From the NCBI GenBank assembly GCA_951406725.2, contig OX597815.1:86118001-86182000 (forward strand): a stretch of 64,000 nt of DNA, written 5' to 3'. The position numbers and the translations under genes are program-made. The DNA is from Octopus vulgaris. Its lineage: Eukaryota. A model generated the notes under the pieces. It saw nothing but the letters and a program-made list of their open reading frames with translations. It did not search any database and was not told the origin of the DNA. Positions 30,748 through 44,345 of this stretch are shown piece by piece (the first letter of the stretch is position 1; each line of letters begins with the position of its first letter).

Positions 30748-30994
30748 TAATTAGAGACAAAACCACTATTATGCAAATCAAACAAAGAAAGACTTAATCC
30801 AATACATAAAAAATGTTATAGTTCAAAATTGCATAGAAGGTCTTGAAACCACATGATGAATGTCCATAGAAGTGACAAGAAACGATCGTAGTGGATATCT
30901 TAATTATATTTAATTTATATAAAATTTTTTATGTATTGGATTAAGTCTTTCTTTGTTTGATTTGCATAATAGTGGTTTTGTCTCTAATTAATAT
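30744..30994 (+). mobile_element. Miniature PLE-type insertion: ~70 bp perfect inverted arms around a hammerhead
   Basis: 30744-30814 is the reverse complement of 30924-30994, and the element abuts (TA)n. A diverged copy of the arm lies at ~45392-45456, also next to (TA)n. Confidence 0.75.
30849..30894 (+). ncRNA. Minimal type I hammerhead motif (C3>A)
   Basis: CCAC-aTGATGA-a-TGTC-catagaagt-GACA-a-GAAA-CGATCG-TA-GTGG. All three stems pair, and stem III is the palindrome ACGATCGT. Confidence 0.75.
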
Positions 30995-31070
30995 TATATT
31001 GTATTTTACTATAAAATTGGATTCAATTTGGATTTATTGGATTTATTTGGATTTATTCCCTAATATTTAT

Positions 31071-31127
<57 letters not shown>

Positions 31128-31129
31128 TT

Positions 31130-31410
31130 GGAGGCGCAATGGCCCAGTGGTTAGGGCAGCAGACTCGCAGTCGTAGGATCGCTGTTTCGATTCCCAGACC
31201 GGGCGTTGTGTGTGTTTATTGAGCGAAAGCACCTAAAAGGTCCACGAGGCTCCGGCTGTACTCTGTCACCACTCTTTCTATCTTTCTTCTGTTGGCCTGC
31301 TCGCTTAGCCAGCGGGGTGGCGTCGTTCGAAGGCTAAAACAATGTGAACGCATTGTGACCAGCGATGTGTAGCAACATCTGATGGTCTGGTCGGTCACGT
31401 GGTCACGTGG
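31130..31410 (+). mobile_element. tRNA-derived SINE, third family
   Basis: A box tggcccagtgg, B-box-like gtttcgattcc, a non-tRNA body and a ggtcacgt tandem tail. Confidence 0.75.
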
Positions 31411-31477
31411 TATGTGTATTTTTATGTATCTATATGTGTGTGTGTATGAGTGTGTGTATGTACGCGTGTGTATGTAT

Positions 31478-31650
31478 ATAGTTCAGAGTTAGAGAAAAAA
31501 AGACAGTTGTAGGAACAACAACCAGGTGTATTAGTTTAATGTTCGGGAAAAATAGAAAAGTCTTTTATGTTTCGAGCCTTCAACAGAAAGGAATAAAAGG
31601 AAAAAATGGTACGGGAATGAAAATAACGGAGAGAGAGAAAGCTGTGTAAT
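31478..31650 (-). mobile_element. Third copy of the short pLTR-like repeat, with a deletion in hammerhead stem II
   Basis: The minus strand at 31561-31591 reads cctttCTGTTGAaggctcGAAAcataaaaga. The terminus ..tgaactata abuts a TA/TG microsatellite. Confidence 0.5.
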
Positions 31651-31713
31651 GTTCAGCGGCTCAACACGGTGAGAGGGTTGTATGTATGTATGTAAACACA
31701 CACACAAACACAC

Positions 31714-31765
<52 letters not shown>

Positions 31766-32122
31766 CACACATGTAAGTGAGAACACTTTGAGATATTTTT
31801 GGTATCTAACATATGTCAGATACTGCGAGCGCTGCTTCTGATTGGTCAATCCATGGTGATGACCCGAGGTCACGGTGACGGCACTACTTTTGTCATTCAT
31901 AAGTTACAACTAAACTTCATTCATTACCTTCACGAGCAGGTAGAATGTAGCCATGTAATTAAACAAACATACTATCTTTTTTATACCAGATATCACTTAA
32001 AGTCATATACACATAAAATATAAACATTTCTGGTGGTAATTCAATTTTTTGTTGCCAAAAAATCACAACATATTTCGTCTGCGCGTCGATACTCTTGCAG
32101 TGCAGGTAGATCTATCAACAAG

Positions 32123-32491
32123 ATGGCTACTGTTGTCCATATCAAGGTGAATGATTTTGTTAAGATTCATGGTAAAGATGGGGGAAGAGTGTTATCCGTT
32201 GTTCAACCTCTTGGAACATACAGAATGTTCAAAGTGAAGATCAATACTGGCCAAGTTCGATATGTTGCTGGATACAGGTTAACAAAGGTATCTGAAACAG
32301 TGTCATCGACGAGTGGATTGTCATCGAACCCTAGATCTAACATCCCTGATGAGGTGTACAACGAACTTGTACGTGACGATTTCTTTGATGAGAGCAATAA
32401 TGAACTTGAATTTCAACCGAGGTATGATCATTCTGGAATAGACAAATTCGTTCAAGGTAATCAGTCATCAGTTATCAGTCATTTCACCTGA
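32123..32491 (+). CDS. Small ORF or first exon (122 aa): beta-rich N-terminus plus acidic tail
   Basis: Good start context aacaagATGG, protein-like composition (IKVNDFVKIHGKDGGRVLSV..YRMFKVKINTGQVRYV, possibly KOW/SH3-like) and a possible donor AAG|GTAATC at 32457. Confidence 0.45.
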   Translation: MATVVHIKVNDFVKIHGKDGGRVLSVVQPLGTYRMFKVKINTGQVRYVAGYRLTKVSETVSSTSGLSSNPRSNIPDEVYNELVRDDFFDESNNELEFQPRYDHSGIDKFVQGNQSSVISHFT

Positions 32492-32667
32492 AAATTTAGC
32501 GCTATAATGTCGGACTATCCTCCTGCGGCATGACATATTTTGCAGTTACACATTGTGACGTCACTGACGTGAAATCAAGCTGTATTCATGCGCGCTTCAA
32601 CACGATGTGAAGAATTTAGTTATTGGGTTAATAAAATATGGTCGTTTATTCGTGTGTAATAAATAAG

Positions 32668-32788
32668 ATACCAAACTCATTCCCTATGGATACCGTATTT
32701 ATTACAACTCGTGGCTTGTAAACGTATCTAACGAGCGAAAGCCACTCGTTGTAATAAATACGGTATCCACAGGGAACTCGTTTGGTAT
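32668..32788. repeat. ~50 bp-arm inverted repeat with symmetric internal mismatches
   Basis: ataccaaac-tca-ttccct-a-tggataccgtatttattacaac-tc-gtggctt pairs with aagccac-tc-gttgtaataaatacggtatcca-c-agggaa-ctc-gtttggtat. Confidence 0.9.
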
Positions 32789-34587
32789 TCTCTCTCTATA
32801 TATATATATCGATAGAGACACACAGAGGGGGAAAAGAGAGGCTGTGAGAGAGAAGGTGAGAGAAGATTATGTCAAATATATATGTATAAACACTGGTGGT
32901 GCCTCAACATGGACACAACCTTAGGGCTGAAACGTTTAAAAGAATAACTGAAAAAAGCTATAAACACATAGACTCACGCGGCGCATATTTACATATATAT
33001 AACACAATAATACATCATGATATATTTCATAATGTAATGAAAGATAATATAACGCAATATAAAATATATTTGGAATGGCACTCATAAAATATTCATTCAT
33101 ATGAAATAAAATTAATATATGCTATATATTCTATCCTGTGGGGGAGAAAAAAAGTTCTGATTTTTTTCCATTTACATATATGGATATATTATAGTCGTGA
33201 ATTTCATGTTATTTCCAAAGATTTTTAGGTTCCCAGAGTAGTCTGGGGGGAAATATCACATAAATATTCTCTGTATTTATAAATATATATGGAAGAAAAG
33301 ATTGCGTTCTATTTCATCCTTTACTTTGGGGGGTTCCAAAGTTCGATTTCTAATAAAGATTCTTCATATTAAATTTGTAGCTTACAGTTGTAAGTATTTT
33401 TCGAATATGAAAATGTTACATGTATAAAGTGTGTTATGCGCATTTATAGAAACTAAACAAACAACTAAAGATGGAGAAGAGAAAGTGTTAACAGTTTTAT
33501 AACATTTTAATCATACAAACGATCATTTCAAACAGTAATATTAACATGTAAAAACCATGGAAAATATTAGAAATTAATATAATTATAATTATTAAAATAT
33601 AATTGTGTAAGAACTATAACATGCGGCTAACTGTTGTTTGAAAATATAAGAGAAAAGTATTTAAGAAACATTCTATCTATATGAAGATATGTAATTAAGT
33701 GATATACATTCCATATCAAGCATCTATCATAAGAGGTAAAATATAATATAATATAATATATATATGTGTGTATGTGTATATATGCACATATGTATGTATA
33801 TATATGTATATATATATATATAAGCGTCCAATGGGGCACCATAGCTACATTTCAATTTATATATAATTATAAGTGGTATACAATGAAAATAAATGATGGT
33901 GTATATTAAAAAGATATTGTTTTAAGAAAATTCCTTGAATAAGAAATGCGAATAATTGATATAATTTTAGATACGTTACTTGGAATTCAAATGAAAAAAA
34001 GATTTAGAGTTGTGAGGGAGTAATTATTAGGTTAACATAATTTATGTGTGTAAATATAAATATATATGCATATATATTTACACACACACACACAGACACA
34101 CGCATGCACACACAAACAAAAACACGCGCATACACACATATATATATATTTATATGTATATAGACAGTTACACGCGTATTCATTTATGCAGATGATTATG
34201 GCTGCAATAGGTTATGGTAGTTTAAGCTTAGAAAAGCAAACATTAGCAGGTAAGCAGGTAAACGAGCAATGGGCAAGTTAATAACAATTTTGGAGTTACA
34301 TTGTATAAGAGGTACAGTAAAAATGGGCATTATTTTACATTAACCATTTTACATATACACATTAACCAAGTGTGGTTTCCGCTTCATCGGGGAATGATCT
34401 CCCTTTGCAGGATAGAGGACGCCGTGATGGTGTCAAGCCTATCTGGCGACGTTGATGTTCGCCTGGGGCTAAATGCAACAGTAACACCCCCACCACCCTG
34501 CCCTGTCCCTAGCCATATTCAGATGGCTTTAGTCCCTTATGTTATGGAGCAGTTACTGTCTATATCTCATTTAGAGAATTATTATTG

Positions 34588-34631
<44 letters not shown>

Positions 34632-35603
34632 TAGATAGAGAGAGAGAGAGAGAGAGAGAAAGAGATAGATAGATAGATGGATAGATAGATGGATAGATAG
34701 ACGGTGACAAAATGGAAGATTCTTCCTGAAGCCTATATATATGTCTATATATTAATATATGTGCGTATTTGTGAAACTATATGTATATGTAATATATGTA
34801 CCTATATATGCGCATACGCACACACAGACACTCACTCACACACTCACGCACACACACACACATACACAAACATAAACACACACACAAACACACACAAACA
34901 CGTGTACATGTATTGCAGTATTTGCGCCAAGTTAATTTCTACTTAGTTCATTATACCACAGTGACCACTACGGGCCTTCATCGTCCCGCGGTGGAGAAAT
35001 AATACATCAAATGATACAGCGATCTTCGAATTTCCCTGGCTATTGATGTGTCGCTAGATGAAGCGTGGGAACATCTCTTCGTATGCTCGCAGCATCATGG
35101 GCAACGCAACTATTGCCAAACATATGATTCTACACAGCTAAAACAGCATGCAACAAAACGATATTTATAATCGTGATGAACACAAGTTAACAATAAAGGT
35201 CAAGTTTTGATATCAATAATAATAACGACAACAACAACTAAAGTCTAAGAACACTGTTACAACTATAAAAAGAACAACAAATACAATATCACGGCTATGT
35301 CTACGAGTAAGAGAATAACAAAGAATGAATACTATCAGCATCAATTTTCTTTTTAATATGTCTTTGGAAAACGTTACGCTTTTGAAGAATTCTTTCTGAT
35401 ATTAAATCGATTGTGTCTCAGATGAAAATCAATTTCTGAAGAGTACTAAGGAGAGAAGCAGTTCTTCTGAAAGATAGGTAGTGTTGAAGTGTTAACTACA
35501 CACACAGATATACATGTACACATACATGTATACTGATGTATACGTACATATTTGCTTGTATGTATCTGTTTAAATATACACATTTATAGGTATATGTATA
35601 AAT

Positions 35604-35635
<32 letters not shown>

Positions 35636-35667
35636 GTATATATATAAATGTATGTATACATATTGAT

Positions 35668-35843
35668 TTCAAAGTTTGGCATATGGCCAGTCATTTCGGA
35701 GGAAGAGATAAGTCGATTACATTGATCCCAGTGCTCAACCGGTACTTGTTTTATCGAATCCGAAAAGATGAAAGAAAGTCAGCATCAGCAGAATTTGAAC
35801 TCAAAGCGTAAAGACGGCCCAAAAATTGCAAAGCATTTTGCCC
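35668..35843 (-). mobile_element. Meta-type SINE
   Basis: gtcgattacattgatcccagtgctcaaccggtacttgttttatcga..gaatttgaactca. Confidence 0.7.
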
Positions 35844-35905
35844 TTATATGTAAATACAAATTTCAACACACACACCTACGCGCGCACACACACACACACA
35901 CACCT

Positions 35906-35960
<55 letters not shown>

Positions 35961-36295
35961 ACAAGGAAATTGAAAATTGCCTGAAGAATTATGTTTGCCA
36001 AATTAATGTGCTCCCATAGCGTCCATGGATATTATAAATGACATTTAACAATATCCTATAGATAAACTGAGGAGATTCCATAAAAATACCGAAACATATG
36101 CATTAATAAATCTCAATCCATGAAGTATTGCTCGCTATCAATATATTTATGCTACGTTGCCACATACATAACAATCTCATGCAATTAACTTGGCAGGTTG
36201 GGAATTATATACGGTGGCCAGAATCAATTAGCATAGGAGCGCGTATGAGCGCACTGGTAGACACCTATCATATACATAATACACATTCACACACG

Positions 36296-36337
<42 letters not shown>

Positions 36338-37589
36338 GACACATACACACATGCACACTCACGCACACACACGCAGGCACATACACACATGCACACTCAC
36401 GCACACACACGCAGAACGATCAGGTATTCATAAGTCAGAAAAGATCATCACACCCTTAAAGAAATTCCAAGCAGTTATATGTTATGTCGTCGAATAGTAC
36501 ATCCGTGGTTATGGCATATATCCGTTTAAGTGCTTGCCTTTTCTTTTACGTCTACTCTTGCCATTGGCATTATAGGCGATTCGTGAGACCTGCTTGTCAG
36601 ATCATAGCCACATTACAAACGGAGATTAAAATGTCTAGACTTGTTTGATGATGAAAAAAAAAACGAAACGAAAAACGAAAATCATATATAACTACACATA
36701 TGCAGAATGGACTAAAGAGGACAGGAGGAAACATATGGATGAAGATATCACAGATGTGTGACGAAAGATTTCTAGACAATGGACTTAAAATAAAATAAGT
36801 ACAATAATAAAAGGGTGAATAACGAATATATAGTGCATGTGCTTATTTGGCAACAATAAAATGACCGTCCCGAAATATAACAATATATTCGCGCGCGTGT
36901 GTATTTGAATTGGTTTTGAAACAGTTAGCATTTAAAAAATTCACCAACGTGTCATTAGTGAGTTCGGGGCTACAGCAACATATATTCTCCCTGCTTCCTT
37001 TTTAAATTGTGTGGTGTAAACAAGGACACACACAGAAGGAACTATCTAATCGAATTAAATAAAACAATCAGATTTAAAACTGAAATTGAAATTCAACAAA
37101 ACCTGAAAATCAATACCAAATTTTATTTCCTAAATTAGAAGGAATTATGATGTTTTTATTAGATTCAGCAGTAAATTTGATTGTTTCCTATTCGTGTCGA
37201 TTTCCTTGTTCTCCTATGATTTCTATTTATGAAGTTAGCCCAGTCTTTATGAACTTAATGAAACAAAGAATACAAAAGCAAAAATAATTGATTGCGCTTT
37301 ATTGTGCAATTTTCTATGATTTTAAATAATAATGTTATGAAATAAATTGTAATGAAACTTTCAAGAAGGAAATAGCGCACTCTGATATTGGTTTCAAATT
37401 TAGGTACAAGCCCAGCAAGTTCATGAGAAGGAGCAAGTCAATTACATCGAACCCCCAGCCCCGAAAGGATGAGTGCACTGGTAGACACCTATCATATACA
37501 AAATGCACATTCACACACGCGCGCGCGCACAGACACACACACGCAGACACACACACACATGCACACTCACGCACACATACGCACACTCA

Positions 37590-38118
37590 CCAAGTCGACC
37601 TTGGCAAAATTTGAACTCAGAACATAAAGAGATTCGAAATGCCGCTAAGCATTTTGCCTGGGATGCTAACGATTCTTTTCAACTCTAGGCATTTTATGGG
37701 AGGGAGGGAGGAGGGGGCTCAATCGATTAGATCGACCCCACTACGCAACTGGTACTTAATTTATCGACACCTCGAAAGCATGAAAAGCAAAGTCGGTCTC
37801 GGCAGAATTTGAACACAGAACGTAAAGAGAGTAGAAATGCTGTTAAGCATTTTACCTGACATGCTAAACGATTCTGCCCGCTCAGCTCCCTAATAGTCAT
37901 TATGATAATAATCCATTCTACAACGCCTGAAATTTTGTAGGAGGGGATGACCGATTACATCGACTCCAATGCTCAACTGATACTTATTTTCTTCGACCCC
38001 GAAAGGACGAAAGGCAAAGTCAACCTCGACGGAATTTAAACTGAGAGTATAGTGATGGAGGATATGGCACTAAGCATTCCATTCAGCATGTTCACGATTC
38101 TGCTATCTCGCCACCTTA
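37590..38118 (-). mobile_element. Cluster of three head-to-tail Meta-type SINEs (~37590-37680, 37685-37890, 37915-38118)
   Basis: Repeated cgacccc-gaaagg..gaaaggcaaagtc..aatttgaactcagaac..gctaagcatttt, the reverse complement of 2617-2810. Confidence 0.8.
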
Positions 38119-38419
38119 ACAGCTGTTTCATTGATCTAGAAAATTGTGAAAAGCTAAGGTAGCGTAGATGTGTCTAGAAGTCGGAACGTGTAAGTAGAAT
38201 ACAATTTAGAACGCGAAAATTATCCAATCATGCACTGTTTCCTAATTCAGTTCTTGCAAGAATCATTAACGAACCCTATCTTTTTTGTTTGTAAGAGAAT
38301 CATTTTAATGTAATCAGAATTTCTTTATATTTCGCACATTTCGCATCTCTAACTCTTATTCTCTTCCCGTTTTGAATATTTATACATACATGCATATATA
38401 TATATACATACATATATAT

Positions 38420-38485
<66 letters not shown>

Positions 38486-38517
38486 GTACATATACATATA
38501 TATGTATTTATACATAC

Positions 38518-38589
<72 letters not shown>

Positions 38590-38601
38590 ATGTATATATG
38601 C

Positions 38602-38649
<48 letters not shown>

Positions 38650-39734
38650 TATACGTACATATACATATATATGTATTTATACATACATATATATATATAT
38701 ATGATTGTATATATTTATCGCTTTGCTTGATTTGGAACAATTATAACAACGAGATTCCTAAACCCGTTACTACTGCTGCAATGACGTGCCGTCCACGATT
38801 TATGTATGTATGTATGTATGTATGTATGTACGTATGTAGGTACATACACATGAACATGGGATGTTCAATTTTAGTTAATCTAAGCGGGATGTCCAATGAC
38901 TGATACTGCACAAAATCGCACAATAAAGCAGCGAGTTCTCATTTAACACGAAATAGCACATTATATAGCAGTTCTTGACGTTGCCAGGTATTATTATGTA
39001 AATCGACCAATACAGGATGAACGAATGAAGAGGTCAATCTCTATATGAAATATTAAAAAAAACCCCAAAAAACAATTATTGACTTTCAGAAAAGTAGTGT
39101 AAGATAACCTCAGATTTCTTTACTTGGGACTGTAGGTTGAAGTTCGTAAACGCTTGTCAGATATTTATAGTAGGTGGAAGCACAGGAGCATCTTTAAATG
39201 GCAAGTATTGAAGCTCGCCAACTAACACTTTTTCACTATCTTTCTAAGACAGTTATCACTTGTCGTTGATATATAAATTGAGCACCATACTCGTATAGTA
39301 GTCTGCTCAATTTATATAACAAACGCACGTGGATCAATTGTAAGTTTAACTAGAAACTATCTCTAATTCTATACAACCAGGTAAAGTGAAATGTCTTCGG
39401 AATATTCATATACCGAACCTACACATGAAGAATTGCGTATTAACAGTGATGAAATATCTTGTTTTGAGAAACTAAGACTCTGTTGCCTGTGATAATGTGC
39501 GTCTTTCTGTTAAATATGTTCCAACATATTTTGCATTATCCCATGTAATATAATTCATGTCCAGCTCTCAGAAAGTATTTTTAATCCTTTTTTATCCATC
39601 TGCTTTTCCCTTTCTGTGTCCATTTATATACTAACCCTTCCTGATGCAGGCACCAGCTATATTAAGCGAATATACGTATTTAGTTCGACAAAGGCCTGCT
39701 GAGGCAAAGAGTCAGTGAAACATCTACCTGTATA

Positions 39735-39771
<37 letters not shown>

Positions 39772-41122
39772 ACACGCACGCACACATACACACACACACA
39801 CACGCATATATATACATATTTAGCTAGACAGTTATTTGTCATCCTTTTCTCTCATTATTTCACCTTCTCTCTCTTTCTCCCTCTCTCTTCTCTTTCTCAC
39901 TCTCACTCTCACACACACAGACATGCACACACATACATACACATATATGTGTACAGTAGGGTTATTTAATTTCCAATAACAGTAAAGCTAAATTCAATTC
40001 ATTTACGAACATTTAACACTTATGACAATTTTTTAAAAAGATATGTGCATTAAAAGAGAACAATAAAATTACATGACAATAATACTAGTTTGAGTCCCCG
40101 AAATTCTCAGAATAGCATCATATACACGAAACTTTGGACTTGCAATTTGGAGCATCGCATAAAATATTCATCATGTGTTTAATCTAGTATACAAGTCCAA
40201 CTTCTTTTCCAAACATTCAAACCCGATCATGACACAGTAAACACCTTCATTAAAGGTCGAACTTCTGCACTAAGAGTGAATTCTTATCGGTTACAGACTC
40301 TGAGTACTTGAGTATCGAAACTGAACAAATTAAATTACTACTAATTCTAACACAATAACCAATTCTCATAATCTTGAATAAGCAGAATGGAGGCGCGTTG
40401 GTTTTACAAATGAATGTATTTTAAGCGCAACAACTCTTAGAAACTTAAACGTCTTTAGTCGATTTTGGTGATAGTGACATCAATCGGCATGTGGTATTTT
40501 CTAATGAATATAGTTCAAAATGTTAATGGCAATCATTTCCTCTTCCCCATCGACATGTGGTGAATGTTCTATACTTTCAGTAATTTTTTTCGCGTCTGCT
40601 GTGGCGAAGAACAGTCGATAAAGCTATCAGTTTCATTGAAGATGGCCGTAACATGGTGAGTAAGCATCTGAATGGCTCTAAATCTATTCCATCTTATGCA
40701 GTTGGACAATTATCGACCGCATCTCTAATGTTCAGCTTACTCGTTTAGTCTGCACAATAGATCTAAAGATGATACAATGAAATAATTATTAAAAGTTTCA
40801 CTACCTAGGTAAAGTACCGAGTGGAAAATTAAGATTAAACTAGTTATTTTCTAAAATGTTTGTATTAAGCTATGGTCCTTTTTGGTTACACTAATATTGT
40901 TAATAATTTCTTTATGGAAATAAAACTGTGTTTAAATTACGGACAAAAAGGAATTCTCTTTGTATTTATATGTAGTTTTAATCGTAAAATTAATGTAAGA
41001 TTAAATAAGCAGATGCCATACACACACACGTGTGTCTGTGTGTGCGTATTCGCATGAATTTGTATGTATATTATTCATATATAAATATGCGTGCGTGTGC
41101 ATGTGTGAGTGTGTGCATGTGC

Positions 41123-41155
<33 letters not shown>

Positions 41156-44021
41156 GCATGTTTAGAAAACCTCATTTGATATGTTTATAGAAGATAGGTG
41201 ATTAATAGAACGCAGTCTTTTGTTCGTACCTCATTGACAATGCTTTATCAAGCGATGCCTATGTAATTTGAAATCTGTATGTGAATCTCAATCGCTTTCG
41301 TAGATCTAACAATAAGACTGAGTTGAACTCATTCAGCCAGAAGTTTAGTTCATGCCTCATTTGACTTTGAATATTCTTCTATCGAAAACTTCAATCAAAC
41401 AAGAATTGAAGTATGAAAACCACATGTAAGATAACGGTAAAGCAAAAATGTCAGCCCGCTGACCCACACATACTGAAAAGTTAGCTGCGTCTTGTTTTAT
41501 CAAGCCTATGACTTGATTAAGAATGCAGAGAGAGGTCCATCGCTATTTCTAATCCATCCATCTACATTTCATTGTGCTTGTGTTTATGATAACTTTGGGT
41601 CGGGAGGTGAATAACGCACCGTCGTAGTGGCATTCTGGCATTAAAGAATCCGGGAGATAGTTTTTCCGCTTAGGAATTTCACGTGATTGATTAACATTAT
41701 GATCGAAGTAACGAGAAGTCCTTGGCTTGCTAGAAATGTATGACAAATTTCTGCATATCATTTCACCCTTAAAACCAGAAAGGAAACACCAGGAAAATGA
41801 TGTAGGTACTACATATATAAGAAGAGGGGATAATTAATAACTGAATGTTCATGAACATGTATGTCCGCTCGACCAAAGTTGAAATAAGCTAAACCTCAAC
41901 GAAATCATATCCGATATAAAAACGATAACCATTACAGACACTCGAGCGGCTAGAAATAGCAAGCATACCTCTTGTAATGGCATCAAGCAGTCATTTTAAT
42001 AATAATGTATTGGATAACGTCGCCCTAGATACACAGTATTTGAAGATGGCATAGATTGATTTCGTTCGCTCACAGGTCTAGAACGTCAAAATTGCATAAC
42101 ATTATTGAAAGCGATGTCAAGCACAGACCTAAAGTATTTTTTTCGAATGGGTAAGAGATTTGCCTTTTATTAAGCAAAGTCATTTAAAATGGGACTTGTC
42201 AGATAATTTGGCTTGTTTTACGTCACAAAAAGCAGCTGTCTTACTATAATAACTGCTTTAATTTACTAATGTTATTGCTTTACTTACTAACATCACTATA
42301 TTATTAAACTGACTATTTTACGTTAAAAAAATCTCTACTACTAAAATGACTGATTTAAGCTACTAAAATGATTGCTTTATTTTAGTAAAATTAATATTTA
42401 TGTTCTGAAAATTATTGCTTTAACTCTATTATAAGACAAAATTGATTTTTTTTCGTTCTTTCACTCTTTATCCTACCTTCGTTGCTTATGTAAGTTAAAG
42501 ATTTTAGAATACAAACATTTGAAGTTAAGGTAACTGCTGATGAACTGTATGAGATTATAAATGAGACTTTGGAAACAAAAGAAAATAAAAATAAAACTAT
42601 TTTAGATTACCATTACAAAGAAAATATAATGATATGAAGTGGGTTCCTCACTTACTCATAAGTATTCTAATACTCAAATTTATATTTTATGACTATGGAA
42701 CGAGTCTTTTGTTGAGAAACAGAGTAGTGGGGATACATACATTACTGTTAAGGTTCGAATGAAACTGGGAAGAAATCAACATTCCATTCCTATAAACGTT
42801 GTCTATAGTAAGCTTCATTGAATCAAAAAGTAAGCTCCCATTAAAATTTAATTGGTGACAACAATTACGTTAAAATTCTAGGATAATACAATTATATTTC
42901 TCTTACTCTTATTCATGGCATGAACACCGTTATCCATTTATTCTAAAAAAAAATATGTACTTCATCAAAAGATGAAAATACTACCAGGATATTTTAATAG
43001 AAAAGGCCAAAAAGAGGGATATACATACCTTGCATATAGGTAGTGTTATTCATGTGTGTATAGGCGTACAGTTTATTACATTTTGTGAAGGTGCGTGGTT
43101 AAGAGAGGATGTTCAATTCATGATCTACGTTATGAGATGGATAGTGCGAAGCCCGTTGTGTCCTGAAACAGAACACTTTATTTCACGTTGCTCCAGTCAA
43201 CCCAGCTTGTAAAAATGAGTAGTACCTATATTTTAAAGGGTCAGCCTAATCAAAGTCCGTGACGTGATGAATCTCCCTGAGAACTACGTTAAAGGTACGC
43301 GTGGAGAGTGTTCAGCCCCTTCTACGATAATTTCTCGAGGTGGCTCTTCTGCTGGTCGGATCGACTGCAACCCTCGATGTAACCAACAGAGTGCCACTTG
43401 TTAGATTTTGTAGACAATTTTAAGCACATTTCCACAGGATCAGATACCGTACATTACCTGTCCTTTGTTCTTCAGATATATCGTCGTCGTATCTGGCGCC
43501 ATGTAATATCTTGTAGATCTTGTAGAGAAATCTACGCTCGGTTGTAGCTACCAGTTTATACAGAAGTTAAAATAGTGTTAAAGACAATTGTGTAATCAGA
43601 ATCCGATTTCAATAATTGTCTGAGATCAGACATTAATGGGTCAAGCGACAATGATCCGAGACCTAGATGAATGTCCATTTTCTATTGAACTAAATATTGT
43701 TCACCCAGGAAACTATCTCTAATTTTACAATGCCCCAGCTTCTTATAATAACAAGTTGTACTCGATATACATGTATAATTATGTTGATCGAGGTTTTTGT
43801 GTATGAAGCTTGTTAGTAGGAATCCAATGCTGTAACAATAACGAGATATAAACAACAGATTTGATCACCTGTGTATTCTTGAGAAGTACAGATAAATATT
43901 GAAAGGTCAGTGGGTTTCATAGAGCAGAAAGTAAACTCGCAATAGAACTAATTAGATATTTCGGGGCTAAATATCACATCATTACTCAAAGTTCATCGTT
44001 TCTCAGGGATAGTGGCGAGCG

Positions 44022-44059
<38 letters not shown>

Positions 44060-44219
44060 TTGTGTTATAAGGTTAAAGAATATATTTAAGCCGTTATGTT
44101 AGAAAACTGTTATAAAATTTTGTATAGTAACATAGTTTTTGAACTATGTTACTGTACAAAATTTTATAACATTTTTCTAACATAACGACTTAAATATATT
44201 CTTTAACCTTATAACACAA
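44060..44219. repeat. Near-perfect 78 bp-arm palindrome
   Basis: 44060-44137 pairs with 44142-44219 with about three mismatches and a 4 nt loop. It lies between (TA)n tracts. Confidence 0.9.
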
Positions 44220-44289
44220 GCCTTCTGTAGTTTTTTCACTCTTTTTTATACATCTTACAACGTGCTTTCACACACCAACTCTCTCACCT

Positions 44290-44345
<56 letters not shown>

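Larger units (their letters stand above)
31775..32795 (+). mobile_element. Possible non-autonomous Crypton-like (tyrosine-recombinase class) DNA element
   Basis: A microsatellite-free ~1 kb island with ctgattggtc near the left end, a short ORF, tgtaataaat repeats and a 120 bp terminal hairpin. No TSD is visible. The family assignment rests on recalled resemblance only. Confidence 0.4.

Noticed and set aside
31130-31205. tRNA gene
   Set aside because: A and B boxes are present, but there is no convincing cloverleaf or acceptor stem and it runs into a SINE body.
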